Shown here: positions 22,690 to 31,244 of the stretch, one piece after another | How positions within the stretch are numbered: the stretch's first letter is position 1 | Layout of the letters: every line of letters begins with the position of its first letter | Assembly: GCA_038245905.1 (NCBI GenBank) | Contig: JBBRRY010000036.1 | Location: 1-33,873 of the forward strand | Length of the DNA: 33,873 bases | From: Thermoanaerobaculia bacterium | Lineage (GTDB): Bacteria; Acidobacteriota; Thermoanaerobaculia; UBA5066 | Reading direction: 5' to 3' | Notes under the pieces: model-generated | The model's database searches: none | Told to the model about the DNA's origin: nothing | The model's input: only the letters and a program-made list of their open reading frames with translations | Translations under genes and position numbers: made by a program

Positions 22690-25500
22690 GTGGCGTCCCG
22701 AAACTGGAAAGACGAGCTTCCGACGCTGATTCTCGCGATCGCGGCCCAGTTCGGGCTCGTGCGCGCGGTGGACTGGGCGCGTGCCCACACGGACACGAGC
22801 GACCTCGCCCGCCGGTTGGTGGAAGAGCGCTTCTATTTCGCGCCCTACGTCGGCTCCGTGATCGTCGTCTTGATCCTGGGCCGGCTCATGGTGAAGGCTC
22901 TGAACCTGCGCGGCATCGCGATCGGCGAGTGGCTGCGCTCCTCGCTTCTCGTCGTCATGGTGGGGGTCGGCTTCCTCGTGGCAGCGCACCTCGACCAGAT
23001 TCTCGGCGTCCTCGCGCTCCTCGCGCACCAGCCTGCTCTCCAGGCCGCGTCGCGCGATCTCGGCGCCTCGCCGTTCTTCCAGCTCCTGGGGCGTACGGCC
23101 ACGCTGCGCTTCGCGATCGACATCGTGGGGCTCTTCGTCTGTCTCTTCGCGATCCGCCTGGGGCAGCCGGCGCATCCCGAGGTCTCCGCCGCTCTCGGCT
23201 TCCAGTCCGTCAAGGACTGGACCCGGGCCGGAGACGCGTACCTGAAAGCGGGCGACACGAAGCGCGCGCGCCGGATGTTCAAGAAGGCGCGCGCATGGCC
23301 GCGGCTGGCTGCTCTCGAGCAGCGCGACGGGAAACACCGCGAGGCGGCGCGCCTCTACGAAGAGGCGGGTGACGCTTACGCGTGGGAGGCCTCCCGCGCC
23401 TGGGAGGCCGCCGGCGAAGCGGCGGCCGCGGGGGAGTATGGCAAGAAGGCGCTTCTCCTTGCGCGGACGGCATCCCGCTGGGACCGGCTCGCGGAGATCG
23501 CAGAGACCCTCGGGGATCATGTGTCGCTCGCCGAGGCCTGCCGGCGCCTGGCCGAGGCGACACCGTCCGGGCCGGTGAAGGCGGCGCTCTGGAAGAGGGC
23601 CGCAGACGCCTATCGCAGCGCCGGGAAGCCGGGGGAAGCGGCCGAGGCGTACCGGAACGCGCAGGAGCACCTGCTTGCGGGCGAGCTGTTCGTGGAGAGC
23701 GGCCGCCCGGCAGAGGCCATTCAGTCGTTCGAACGAAGCGGCGCCCTGACGAAGGCGGCTCTCGCGGCCGCGCGGGCCGGCGACGAGAAGGGCGCCCAGG
23801 AGCTCCTGGCGCGCGAGGCCGAAGGCCGTGGTGACCTCGTGTCCGCCGCGGAAGCATGGGGACGGGCCGGACAGGCGCTGCGCGCGGCCGGCCTCTTCGA
23901 GAAGGCCGGAGATTTCGTCCGCGCAGCCGACGCATGGAAGGACGCGGGCCGGCTCGAGAAGGCCGCGCCCCTGTACCAGCGAGGAGGCAAACGCGCGGCG
24001 GCGGCGGAGGCCTTCACGGCTGCGGGCCAGGTCGAGAAGGCGGCCGCTCTCTATAGCGAGCTCAAGGACTACGACAAGGCGGCGGCCCTGTTTCGCGGCG
24101 CTGGACGACTCCCCGCGGCCGCGGCGGCGCTTCAGGCCGGCGGCAAGTTCGACGACGCCGCCCAGCTCTTTTTGCGCACGGGGCGCGGTCTCGAGGCCGC
24201 GCGGTGCGCGCTCCTTGGCGGGCATCGCGAGCAGGCGTGGGAGTACCTCACCGGAGTGCCGCGCAGCGAACCCGGTCTCGCCGAAGTGTTTCAACAGCTC
24301 GCGCGCGCCCACATGGCGGCGGGCGAGAACAAGGACGCCGTGCACGTGCTGCGCGCGCTGGTCGGCCGCGGGAAGGTCGAGTCCGAGAATCTTCCGCTGC
24401 ACATGACGCTCCTCGAGGCCCTTCGCGCGTCCGGAGATTCCGGAGAAGGCGTGGAGCTCGGACGAATCGCGGCGTTCGATCCTTCGGTGCTCGAGGGTGC
24501 GGCGGCGCATTCGGTGGATTTCGCGGACGTGGGGCTCGACGACGCCATGCCCGCCGCGCTCATCCGGACGCCGGCCGTGCACAAGTCGGGGCCCTATGCC
24601 TCCTTCGCGCGGCCCGCGGCGCCGCCACCCGTTCAGCCTCCGCCCCTCAGGATCTCGACCCCCGCGGCGCCTCCGCCGGCGAAGCCGACGGTGGGCTTCG
24701 GCCTGCCCGAGACGCCCGAGTCGCGCTACGAGATCCTCTCCGAGCTCGGTCGCGGCGGGATGGGCGTCGTGCACAAGGCGCTCGACAAGAAGCTCGACCG
24801 GCACGTCGCGCTCAAGATCCTGCCCTGGCAGCTTCGCGGTGACGAGACGGCGATGCGCTACTTCAAACGCGAGGCTCGGGCCATCGCGGCGCTCAAGCAT
24901 CCGAACATCGTCGCGCTCTACGACTACGGCGAGGGCTTCGGAAGCCTGTACCTCGCGATGGAGTATCTCGAGGGGCCGAACCTGCAGAAGCTCATCAAGA
25001 AGGAGACCGAGCGGGTGCAAAAGAACTGGCGGAGCTGGTTCGTGCAGGCCACGCGGGGGATCGCCGCGGCCCACGCGAAGGGCATCCTGCACCGGGACCT
25101 CAAACCCGCGAATCTCATCCTCGACGAGCACGGGACGCTTCGGATTCTCGATTTCGGCCTTGCCCTTCCCCAGGCCGATGCGGGAGGCACGTCGAAGCTC
25201 ATCGGCAGTCCGGCCTTCTTCCCGCCCGAGGTCCTTCGCGGGGAGATGCCGAGCCCCGCCTCCGACGTCTACTCGCTCGGCGCCGCCTTCTACACGCTCG
25301 CCACGGGGCGGTGGCCCTACGTGGGCGACGACGTCCTGGTGGCCCGGCTCGAGCGCGATCCCGACGATCCGCGTCCCTACGCGCCGTTTCTGAAAGAGGA
25401 AGAGGTTGCCATCCTCATGAAATCGCTCGCGCGGCACCGCCCGGACCGCTATCCGGACGGCGGGGAGCTCCTGGCGGCGCTCCTCTCGCTCGAAGCGTAG
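22690..25500 (+). CDS. Membrane-anchored Ser/Thr (Hanks-type) kinase with SNAP/clathrin-like helical repeats
   Basis: Probable GTG start at 22690 after CATAAT. About four N-terminal TMs, many AAxx(Y/F)xxAG repeats and a Pro-rich linker. Kinase motifs LGRGGMG, VALK, HRDLKPAN, DFG, GSPAFFPPE and DVYSLG. Confidence 0.9.
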   Translation: MASRNWKDELPTLILAIAAQFGLVRAVDWARAHTDTSDLARRLVEERFYFAPYVGSVIVVLILGRLMVKALNLRGIAIGEWLRSSLLVVMVGVGFLVAAHLDQILGVLALLAHQPALQAASRDLGASPFFQLLGRTATLRFAIDIVGLFVCLFAIRLGQPAHPEVSAALGFQSVKDWTRAGDAYLKAGDTKRARRMFKKARAWPRLAALEQRDGKHREAARLYEEAGDAYAWEASRAWEAAGEAAAAGEYGKKALLLARTASRWDRLAEIAETLGDHVSLAEACRRLAEATPSGPVKAALWKRAADAYRSAGKPGEAAEAYRNAQEHLLAGELFVESGRPAEAIQSFERSGALTKAALAAARAGDEKGAQELLAREAEGRGDLVSAAEAWGRAGQALRAAGLFEKAGDFVRAADAWKDAGRLEKAAPLYQRGGKRAAAAEAFTAAGQVEKAAALYSELKDYDKAAALFRGAGRLPAAAAALQAGGKFDDAAQLFLRTGRGLEAARCALLGGHREQAWEYLTGVPRSEPGLAEVFQQLARAHMAAGENKDAVHVLRALVGRGKVESENLPLHMTLLEALRASGDSGEGVELGRIAAFDPSVLEGAAAHSVDFADVGLDDAMPAALIRTPAVHKSGPYASFARPAAPPPVQPPPLRISTPAAPPPAKPTVGFGLPETPESRYEILSELGRGGMGVVHKALDKKLDRHVALKILPWQLRGDETAMRYFKREARAIAALKHPNIVALYDYGEGFGSLYLAMEYLEGPNLQKLIKKETERVQKNWRSWFVQATRGIAAAHAKGILHRDLKPANLILDEHGTLRILDFGLALPQADAGGTSKLIGSPAFFPPEVLRGEMPSPASDVYSLGAAFYTLATGRWPYVGDDVLVARLERDPDDPRPYAPFLKEEEVAILMKSLARHRPDRYPDGGELLAALLSLEA

Positions 25501-25512
25501 GGCGCTGGGCGG

Positions 25513-25836
25513 CTAGAGCACCCGGACGCGTACCTCGCGGGCGAGCTCCGGTTCGGTGACTTCCACTTTTTCCTCGACGACGACGCGCTGGATCAGGCCG
25601 CGCTCGCCTTCCACGATCAGCGTGATCCCGAGCTCGATCTCGTCGAACGTCGCCTCGGCGACGGACTCGTCCGGGTTCTTCACGATGACCGTCTCCACGA
25701 CGGAGGCGTCTCCTTCGCGTCCGGCGATGACGAGCCGGAAGGTGGACGTCTCTTTCGCGTGCTTGTTCTTGTCCTTGCGCGCGAGCTCACGCGCTCTTTT
25801 CTGAGCTCTTTTTTGTCTGATTTCCCAGGCCCTCAT
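25513..25836 (-). CDS. Small hypothetical protein (107 aa) with a basic N-terminus and an acidic beta-rich C-terminus
   Basis: AGGAG RBS before ATG 25836 and CATAAT at 25879-25884. Fills the gap between the kinase and the MDR gene. Confidence 0.65.
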   Translation of the reverse strand: MRAWEIRQKRAQKRARELARKDKNKHAKETSTFRLVIAGREGDASVVETVIVKNPDESVAEATFDEIELGITLIVEGERGLIQRVVVEEKVEVTEPELAREVRVRVL

Positions 25837-25927
25837 GCGGCTCCTATTCTCCGAGCGCAGGGAGCGCCCGAATCTCGCATTATGACCGACGCGGCGGTCG
25901 GCTAATCTTGGCCGCTCGGAGGCGCTC

Positions 25928-26965
25928 ATGAAAGCGGTCTTCTTCACGGCGCACGGTGGCAACGACGTCCTGACTGTCGGGGAACGGCCCGACCCCGCGC
26001 CGGGTCCCGGCGACGTGCTCGTTCGGGTAGAGGCCGCCGCGCTCAACCGGCTGGACCTCTTCGTAAGGGACGGGATTCCGGGCGTTCCCGTGGTATTTCC
26101 GCACGTGCCGGGCGCCGACGGCGCGGGCGTCGTGGCGGCTCTCGGGGCAGGCGTCACGGGACCGGCTCCGGGAACGCGGGTCGTTTTTCAACCCGGCCTT
26201 TCGTGCGGAGCGTGCGAGTTCTGCCTCGCGGGGGAGCGCAGCCTTTGCGTGCGCTTCCGCATCCTCGGCGAACACCTGCCCGGGACATTCGCGGAGAAGA
26301 TCGTCGTCCCCGCATCGAACGTTTACGTCGCGCCGGCGGGCCTCTCCGCCGAGCAGGCCGCCGCGTTCCCGCTCGCCGGGCTCACCGCGTGGCGGATGCT
26401 CGTGACCCGGGCCGCGCTCCGGCCTGGCGAGACGGTGCTCATCCATGGCGTCGGCGGCGGCGTCTCGACGTTCGCGATCCAGATCGCGAAGCTTTGCGGC
26501 GCCTCGCGCGTGATCGTGACGTCGTCGTCGGCAGCCAAGCGCGCGCGAGCGATGGAACTGGGGGCGGACGAGGCGATCGACTACACGGCGACGGACGTCG
26601 GCAAGGCGGTCCGCGAGATGACTGGAAAACGAGGCGTGGACGTCGTCGTGGACTCGGTGGGCGCGGCGACGTGGAAGCACTCCCTCACGGCGGCGGCGAA
26701 GAAGGGGCGCATCGTGACGTGCGGCGCCACGTCCGGCCCCGCTCCCCAGGAGAACATCAACGTCATCTTCTGGAAGCAGCTTTCGATTCTCGGCTCGACG
26801 ATGGGCACGGATGCGGAATTCAGCGCGATGCTCGCGGCGGTGGGGGCGGGCCGCCTCCAACCCGTCGTCGACACCGTGTTTCCGCTCGGCGACGTGCGCA
26901 AGGCGTACGAGCGAATGGCGTCGGGAGAGGGGTTCGGGAAGATCGTCGTGAAGGTGAGCGCGTGA
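25928..26965 (+). CDS. Zinc-binding medium-chain dehydrogenase/reductase (quinone oxidoreductase-like)
   Basis: GGAGG RBS. ALNRLD, PHVPGADGAG, structural-Zn CGACEFC...C, HGVGGGV and GFGKIVV. Confidence 0.92.
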   Translation: MKAVFFTAHGGNDVLTVGERPDPAPGPGDVLVRVEAAALNRLDLFVRDGIPGVPVVFPHVPGADGAGVVAALGAGVTGPAPGTRVVFQPGLSCGACEFCLAGERSLCVRFRILGEHLPGTFAEKIVVPASNVYVAPAGLSAEQAAAFPLAGLTAWRMLVTRAALRPGETVLIHGVGGGVSTFAIQIAKLCGASRVIVTSSSAAKRARAMELGADEAIDYTATDVGKAVREMTGKRGVDVVVDSVGAATWKHSLTAAAKKGRIVTCGATSGPAPQENINVIFWKQLSILGSTMGTDAEFSAMLAAVGAGRLQPVVDTVFPLGDVRKAYERMASGEGFGKIVVKVSA

Positions 26966-27118
26966 GCATCCCCGATCCGGACGTCCCGCTGCTTCGCCAC
27001 ACGCTCGCACCGCTCGCGCCGCGCGGGCAAGGCCCTGCGCGAGAGCTACTTCAGGGCCGAGATCGTCACCGGCCGCGTCGGCCTCGAGCAGGTGGCGCCG
27101 CGCCGCGAATTCGACTGA
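26962..27118 (+). pseudogene. Internally deleted, frameshifted remnant of a DinB-like hypothetical gene
   Basis: GTG overlaps the MDR stop and reads VSIPDPDVPLLRHTLAPLA. The +1 frame from 27026 reads GKALRESYFRAEIVTGRVGLEQVAPRREFD*. These resemble the two ends of a protein family I recall; not verified by search. Confidence 0.5.
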
Positions 27119-27119
27119 G

Positions 27120-28844
27120 CTAGGCGGGAATCCAGAGAGTAAACGTCGAGCCCGGGCCGCCCTCGTTGTTCGCGACGTCGAGTCGGCCTCGGTGGGCCTG
27201 GAGGACCTTCTGGACGACCGTGAGGCCGAGGCCGGTTCCCGGCACGGCCTCGCTGCCTTGAAACCTCAAGTAGGGCGTCGCGATCCTGGACTTTTCTGCT
27301 GCGGGAAAGCCCGGCCCCTCATCCGTCACGGAAACACGGAGGAACGGCCGGCCGTCTTCGCTCACGATCTCCGCCTTCACGCGCACGGTGCCTCCGGGCG
27401 GGCTGAATTTCACCGCGTTGCCGAAGAGATTTGCCGCGGCTCGCCTGAACATCGCGGGGTCGAGCGGCACCCGGGGGAGATCCTTCGGCACGTCCGTCTC
27501 GACGGTGACGCGCCGCGCGACCGCGAGCCAGCGCGCCTCTTCGAGCGGAAGAGAGAGCGCCTCGGCCGGCACCGTCGGGCGCTTCTCGGTCTCTGGCGCA
27601 TCCGCCGCGCGATAGACGAGGAGTGCGTCTTCGATGAGGCCTTGTAACCCTCGCGCCGACGCGAGCGAGCCGTCGAGCATCTTCGCGAGACGCACGTCGC
27701 CCGTCCGCCGCTCCTTGTCGCGGGTGAGCTCGAGCGCGGCGGTGAGCGCCGAGAGCGGGTTTTTCATGTCGTGCACGAGCATCGCCGTGAGGCGGCTCCG
27801 GTCGCGGTCCGCGAGCTCGCGACGCCGCTGCTCGAGCGCCAGGGCCTCGAGCTGCTTCTGCAGGTTCCCGTAGAGGCGCGCGGCGCGAATCGCGAGGGCG
27901 AGCTGGTCGGCCACGCGCCCGAAGAAGACGATCTCGTCGGGCGGGAACGCGCGGGGCTCGGGCCACGACATCCCGAGGACGCCAATGAGCTCTCCCTCGC
28001 GATGGATCGGGATGCCCACGAGGCTCTTCGCGCCGAGCGCCTCGAGCGCGCTGAAGGCGAGCGACGCCGGGTCGAGCTCCGCCCGGTCGGCGACGACATA
28101 GGGCTCGCGCGAAGCCACGAGCGCGTTGAAGGGCTCGCTGTCCGGAAGCGGGCGTTCGTGCCCGACGAGGGACGAATTCGCGTCGCCCTCCCGCCAGTCC
28201 ATGAAAACCGTGCACGACGAGGCGTCTTCGTTCAGGAACCAGATCTCGACCGAATTAGCGGCGAATCGCGTCCCGAGGAGAGACGTGGCCGCCCCGAGCA
28301 CCTCCTCGAGATCGAGCGAGTCGCGCGACGCGAGCGCGATGGACGCGAGAATATCGTTGCGCTTCGCCTCAGTTCGGAGCCGCTCCTTGAACGCGTCTTC
28401 GTGCACCTGCGACCGGCGGCGCTGGAGACGGAGGAGCCGTTCGAGCCGCATCGCGAGGAGCGGCCCCTCGTCGCGCTCGCGCACGAGCTCGAAGGACTCG
28501 AGCGGAATCCGCCGGACGAGCTGGTCCGTGATCTCCGCGTTCGGCGGCACGACCACGAGGCAGAGCGGCGGGTTGGGTGCGATGTCGAGGATCGCCGGCC
28601 GCAACCGGACGAAGCCGCGTCCGAAGGCCTCGGGTCTCGTCACCCAGACGAGCGGCCAGTGCGAGAAGAAGTCCGGTTCCGTGACCTCCTTCTCGTCGTG
28701 CCGCTCGACGAGCAGGCCCCCGGCCGACAGCGTCCGGGCCACCCAGGCCATCGCTTCCGGTTCGCCCACGAGCTTGACCCTTCTCAGGATTCCGTCGCGC
28801 TCAGAGCGTGCGGCGATTCCGCTGATCGGCTCCACGGCGCCCAT
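27120..28844 (-). CDS. Cytoplasmic GAF-domain sensor histidine kinase
   Basis: GAF (SLDLEEVL...KSLVGIPI...VADQLALAI), H-box LVHDMKNPL, N-box NLFGNAVKF, G boxes DEGPG and GTGLGL. Start is 28844 (ATG) or 28835 (GTG); track ORF 27120..29642 is over-extended. Confidence 0.9.
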   Translation of the reverse strand: MGAVEPISGIAARSERDGILRRVKLVGEPEAMAWVARTLSAGGLLVERHDEKEVTEPDFFSHWPLVWVTRPEAFGRGFVRLRPAILDIAPNPPLCLVVVPPNAEITDQLVRRIPLESFELVRERDEGPLLAMRLERLLRLQRRRSQVHEDAFKERLRTEAKRNDILASIALASRDSLDLEEVLGAATSLLGTRFAANSVEIWFLNEDASSCTVFMDWREGDANSSLVGHERPLPDSEPFNALVASREPYVVADRAELDPASLAFSALEALGAKSLVGIPIHREGELIGVLGMSWPEPRAFPPDEIVFFGRVADQLALAIRAARLYGNLQKQLEALALEQRRRELADRDRSRLTAMLVHDMKNPLSALTAALELTRDKERRTGDVRLAKMLDGSLASARGLQGLIEDALLVYRAADAPETEKRPTVPAEALSLPLEEARWLAVARRVTVETDVPKDLPRVPLDPAMFRRAAANLFGNAVKFSPPGGTVRVKAEIVSEDGRPFLRVSVTDEGPGFPAAEKSRIATPYLRFQGSEAVPGTGLGLTVVQKVLQAHRGRLDVANNEGGPGSTFTLWIPA

Positions 28845-28899
28845 TCTCGCTGCCGTCGGAACCCCCGTCCACCGCGTGCCGCGTGCGATCATCCAGGCG

Positions 28900-29772
28900 A
28901 TGCCGGCCGGCCTCGCCTTTCTAGCCGCTTCTCTCCTCGCGGCGCCTCCAGCGGGCGCCCCGGAGGCTGCAGGCAACCAGCCCCTCCTTGTCACGTACGA
29001 GCTCACCGAATCCACGCGAAGCGTCACGCCGGCCGGAGAACGAACGGTTTCGGCCGGAGGGATGGTCGTGGCACGGGGCGGAGACGCGCGCTGGGAGCTC
29101 ACGCACGGGACTTTCCCGCGCTCTTCCGCGACGGCGGTGGTGACGGGCCGGGACGGACTCATGCTGCTCGATCGGGAAGCAAAGGTGGCGGCTCGCGCCA
29201 CGGCTTCGGACTTCGCCGATCTCTTTCTGGGGCGGCCCTCCGACGCGGGCTCGGCGTCTTCGGCGGTGCGGGACGTGTCGGCCGCCCTCCGGAAAGACGG
29301 CGCTGGGCGCCCGTTCCAGGACCGCCCGACGTCACGCTTCCGGCTGGAGGCGGCGTGGACCGTCGTCTTCTCGTCGCCCGGCCGGATCACGCGCGTGAAG
29401 ACGGAGGCGGCGGGCCTCGTCGAGGCGGTCGAGATGGCCGAAGCGCAATCGGCGCTCGACGACCTCCTTCGTCTCCTCCCGGCCCGGGGCGCGGCCCGTG
29501 AGGTTTTGGGCGCCGAGCTTGCGAAGGTGATCGGCCTGCCCGTCTTCGTCGAGATCTCCGTCACGTCGACCTCGAGCACCGAGGCGCCCGGCATTCCGTC
29601 GGGCACCGAGGCGCCTCCGAAGCCCCTGACCGCGCATTCCACCGCGACACGCCGTGTGAAAAACCTCGCGACGCGCCCGGGGACCAGGGGCGACGCGGCC
29701 CTCGTCGCGGTCCCGGAGGACTTCCGCGCGCGCTCCCTCGACCGCCTTCTCGCCCTGCGGGCGATGCCGTGA
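28900..29772 (+). CDS. Secreted hypothetical protein (290 aa, beta-rich)
   Basis: Signal-like MPAGLAFLAASLLAAPPAGA. The stop overlaps the cobB start (GTGA). This is the 3' part of track ORF 28126..29772. Confidence 0.65.
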   Translation: MPAGLAFLAASLLAAPPAGAPEAAGNQPLLVTYELTESTRSVTPAGERTVSAGGMVVARGGDARWELTHGTFPRSSATAVVTGRDGLMLLDREAKVAARATASDFADLFLGRPSDAGSASSAVRDVSAALRKDGAGRPFQDRPTSRFRLEAAWTVVFSSPGRITRVKTEAAGLVEAVEMAEAQSALDDLLRLLPARGAAREVLGAELAKVIGLPVFVEISVTSTSSTEAPGIPSGTEAPPKPLTAHSTATRRVKNLATRPGTRGDAALVAVPEDFRARSLDRLLALRAMP

Positions 29773-30524
29773 ACGAATCAGACCTCACGCCGCTCCTCGA
29801 CCTCCTCCCCGAGCTTCTGGCCGGGCGTCCGCTCGTCGTGCTCACGGGAGCCGGCATCTCGGCGGAAAGCGGTCTTCCCACATTCCGGGGGGCGGGAGGC
29901 ATGTGGGAGGGGAACCGCCCCGAGGATCTCGCGACACCCGCGGCTTTCGCGCGGGATCCGGAGAAGGTGTGGTGCTTCTATGCATGGCGGCTCGAGAAGC
30001 TGCGTGGGGCCAGACCGAACGAAGGGCACATCGCCCTTGCCCGCATGGAACGACTCCTGCCGCGCATGACGATCGTGACGCAGAACGTCGACGGCCTGCA
30101 CGCGGCGGCCGGGAGCCGGAACATCCTCGAGCTTCACGGCACGCTACTCACCGCGCGCTGCACCGAATGCGGCCGACGCGTCCCCGCGCCCGAGGGCGCG
30201 ATTCCGCCGCTCCCGCGCTGTGGCGCCTGTGGCGCGCTTCTCCGGCCGGACGTCGTCTGGTTCGGCGAGGCCCTGTCGTCCGTCACGTGGAGCGCGGCGT
30301 CGCGTGCGGCCGAGGAAAGCGCGGTCTTTTTCGTCGTCGGCACGTCCTCGGTCGTGGCTCCCGCCTCGTCCCTCGCGCTCCTGGCCGCGCGGGCCGGCGC
30401 ATGCGTTTTCGAGATCAATCCCGAGGAGACGCCGCTCGCGCCTCTCGCTGCGGGTGTCTTTCGCGCGCGCGCCGCGGAGGTCCTGCCCGCGATCGCCGAG
30501 GCGCTCGTGGGGAGGATTCCGTGA
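29769..30524 (+). CDS. cobB: NAD-dependent protein deacylase (sirtuin, class III)
   Basis: TGAGISAESG, FYAWR (YxxR), TQNVDGLH, LHG, CxxC...CxxC, RPDVVWFGE, GTS and INP. Confidence 0.95.
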   Translation: MNESDLTPLLDLLPELLAGRPLVVLTGAGISAESGLPTFRGAGGMWEGNRPEDLATPAAFARDPEKVWCFYAWRLEKLRGARPNEGHIALARMERLLPRMTIVTQNVDGLHAAAGSRNILELHGTLLTARCTECGRRVPAPEGAIPPLPRCGACGALLRPDVVWFGEALSSVTWSAASRAAEESAVFFVVGTSSVVAPASSLALLAARAGACVFEINPEETPLAPLAAGVFRARAAEVLPAIAEALVGRIP

Positions 30525-31234
30525 ACGGCCCCCGCCGGCGCGCGGGTCCCGTGAAGGGCCGTCTTGCCGAGACCCCGAAGGAAGAGAGACCGAGAGAGAA
30601 GATGCTTGGAAAGGGCCCGGAGGCTCTTGACGACGTCGAGCTGCTCGCGATCGTCCTCGGCACGGGCACGGCCCGAAAACCGGTTCTCGAGATGGCGCAC
30701 GATCTGCTTTCGGAAGGTGGATTTCCTTCGCTCTTCGCGCGAGGGGCGGGCGACCTTCGCGCCCTCGTCCACGGAGTGGGTCCCGCGAAGGCCACCCGCG
30801 TCGCGGCGGTCCTCGAGATCGCGGCGCGCGTCACGCGGGATTCACTCTCGAAGAAAAATCTTCTCTCCGATCCTTCGTCCGTCGGCCGCTACCTGACGGA
30901 GAAGCTCCTGGGCGAAACACAGGAGGTCATGGGAGGCCTGCTCCTCGACGCGAAGAACCGCCTCGTGAAGGACGCGCCTGTGTTCCGCGGCACGCTCACG
31001 AACGCCTCCGTCGCGCCGGGTCCTCTCTTTCGGCAGGCGATCCTGGCCGGAGCGGCCGGCGTCATCCTGTACCACAACCACCCCTCGGGAGATCCCGAGC
31101 CTTCGCCGGAGGACCTCGTGACGACGAAGCGATTCCTCGCGGCGGGACGGGAGATCGGCATCGAGGTGAAGGACCACGTGATCGTGGGGCGAGGCCGCTG
31201 GGTCTCGTTCCACGAACGGGGGCTCCTGCGCTGA
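30521..31234 (+). CDS. radC: RadC (UPF0758) JAB/JAMM-domain protein
   Basis: ERPREK, ELLAIVLGTG, GVGPAKA, HNHPSGDPEPSPED and DHVIVG. Start is 30521 or 30551. Confidence 0.93.
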   Translation: MNGPRRRAGPVKGRLAETPKEERPREKMLGKGPEALDDVELLAIVLGTGTARKPVLEMAHDLLSEGGFPSLFARGAGDLRALVHGVGPAKATRVAAVLEIAARVTRDSLSKKNLLSDPSSVGRYLTEKLLGETQEVMGGLLLDAKNRLVKDAPVFRGTLTNASVAPGPLFRQAILAGAAGVILYHNHPSGDPEPSPEDLVTTKRFLAAGREIGIEVKDHVIVGRGRWVSFHERGLLR

Positions 31235-31244
31235 AGGGAACGAC

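Noticed and set aside
30521-31234. radC as a marker of a mobile element or defence island
   Set aside because: It is the full-length chromosomal form with the N-terminal ERPREK/HhH region, among housekeeping genes. No integrase, transposase or att-like repeats were seen.
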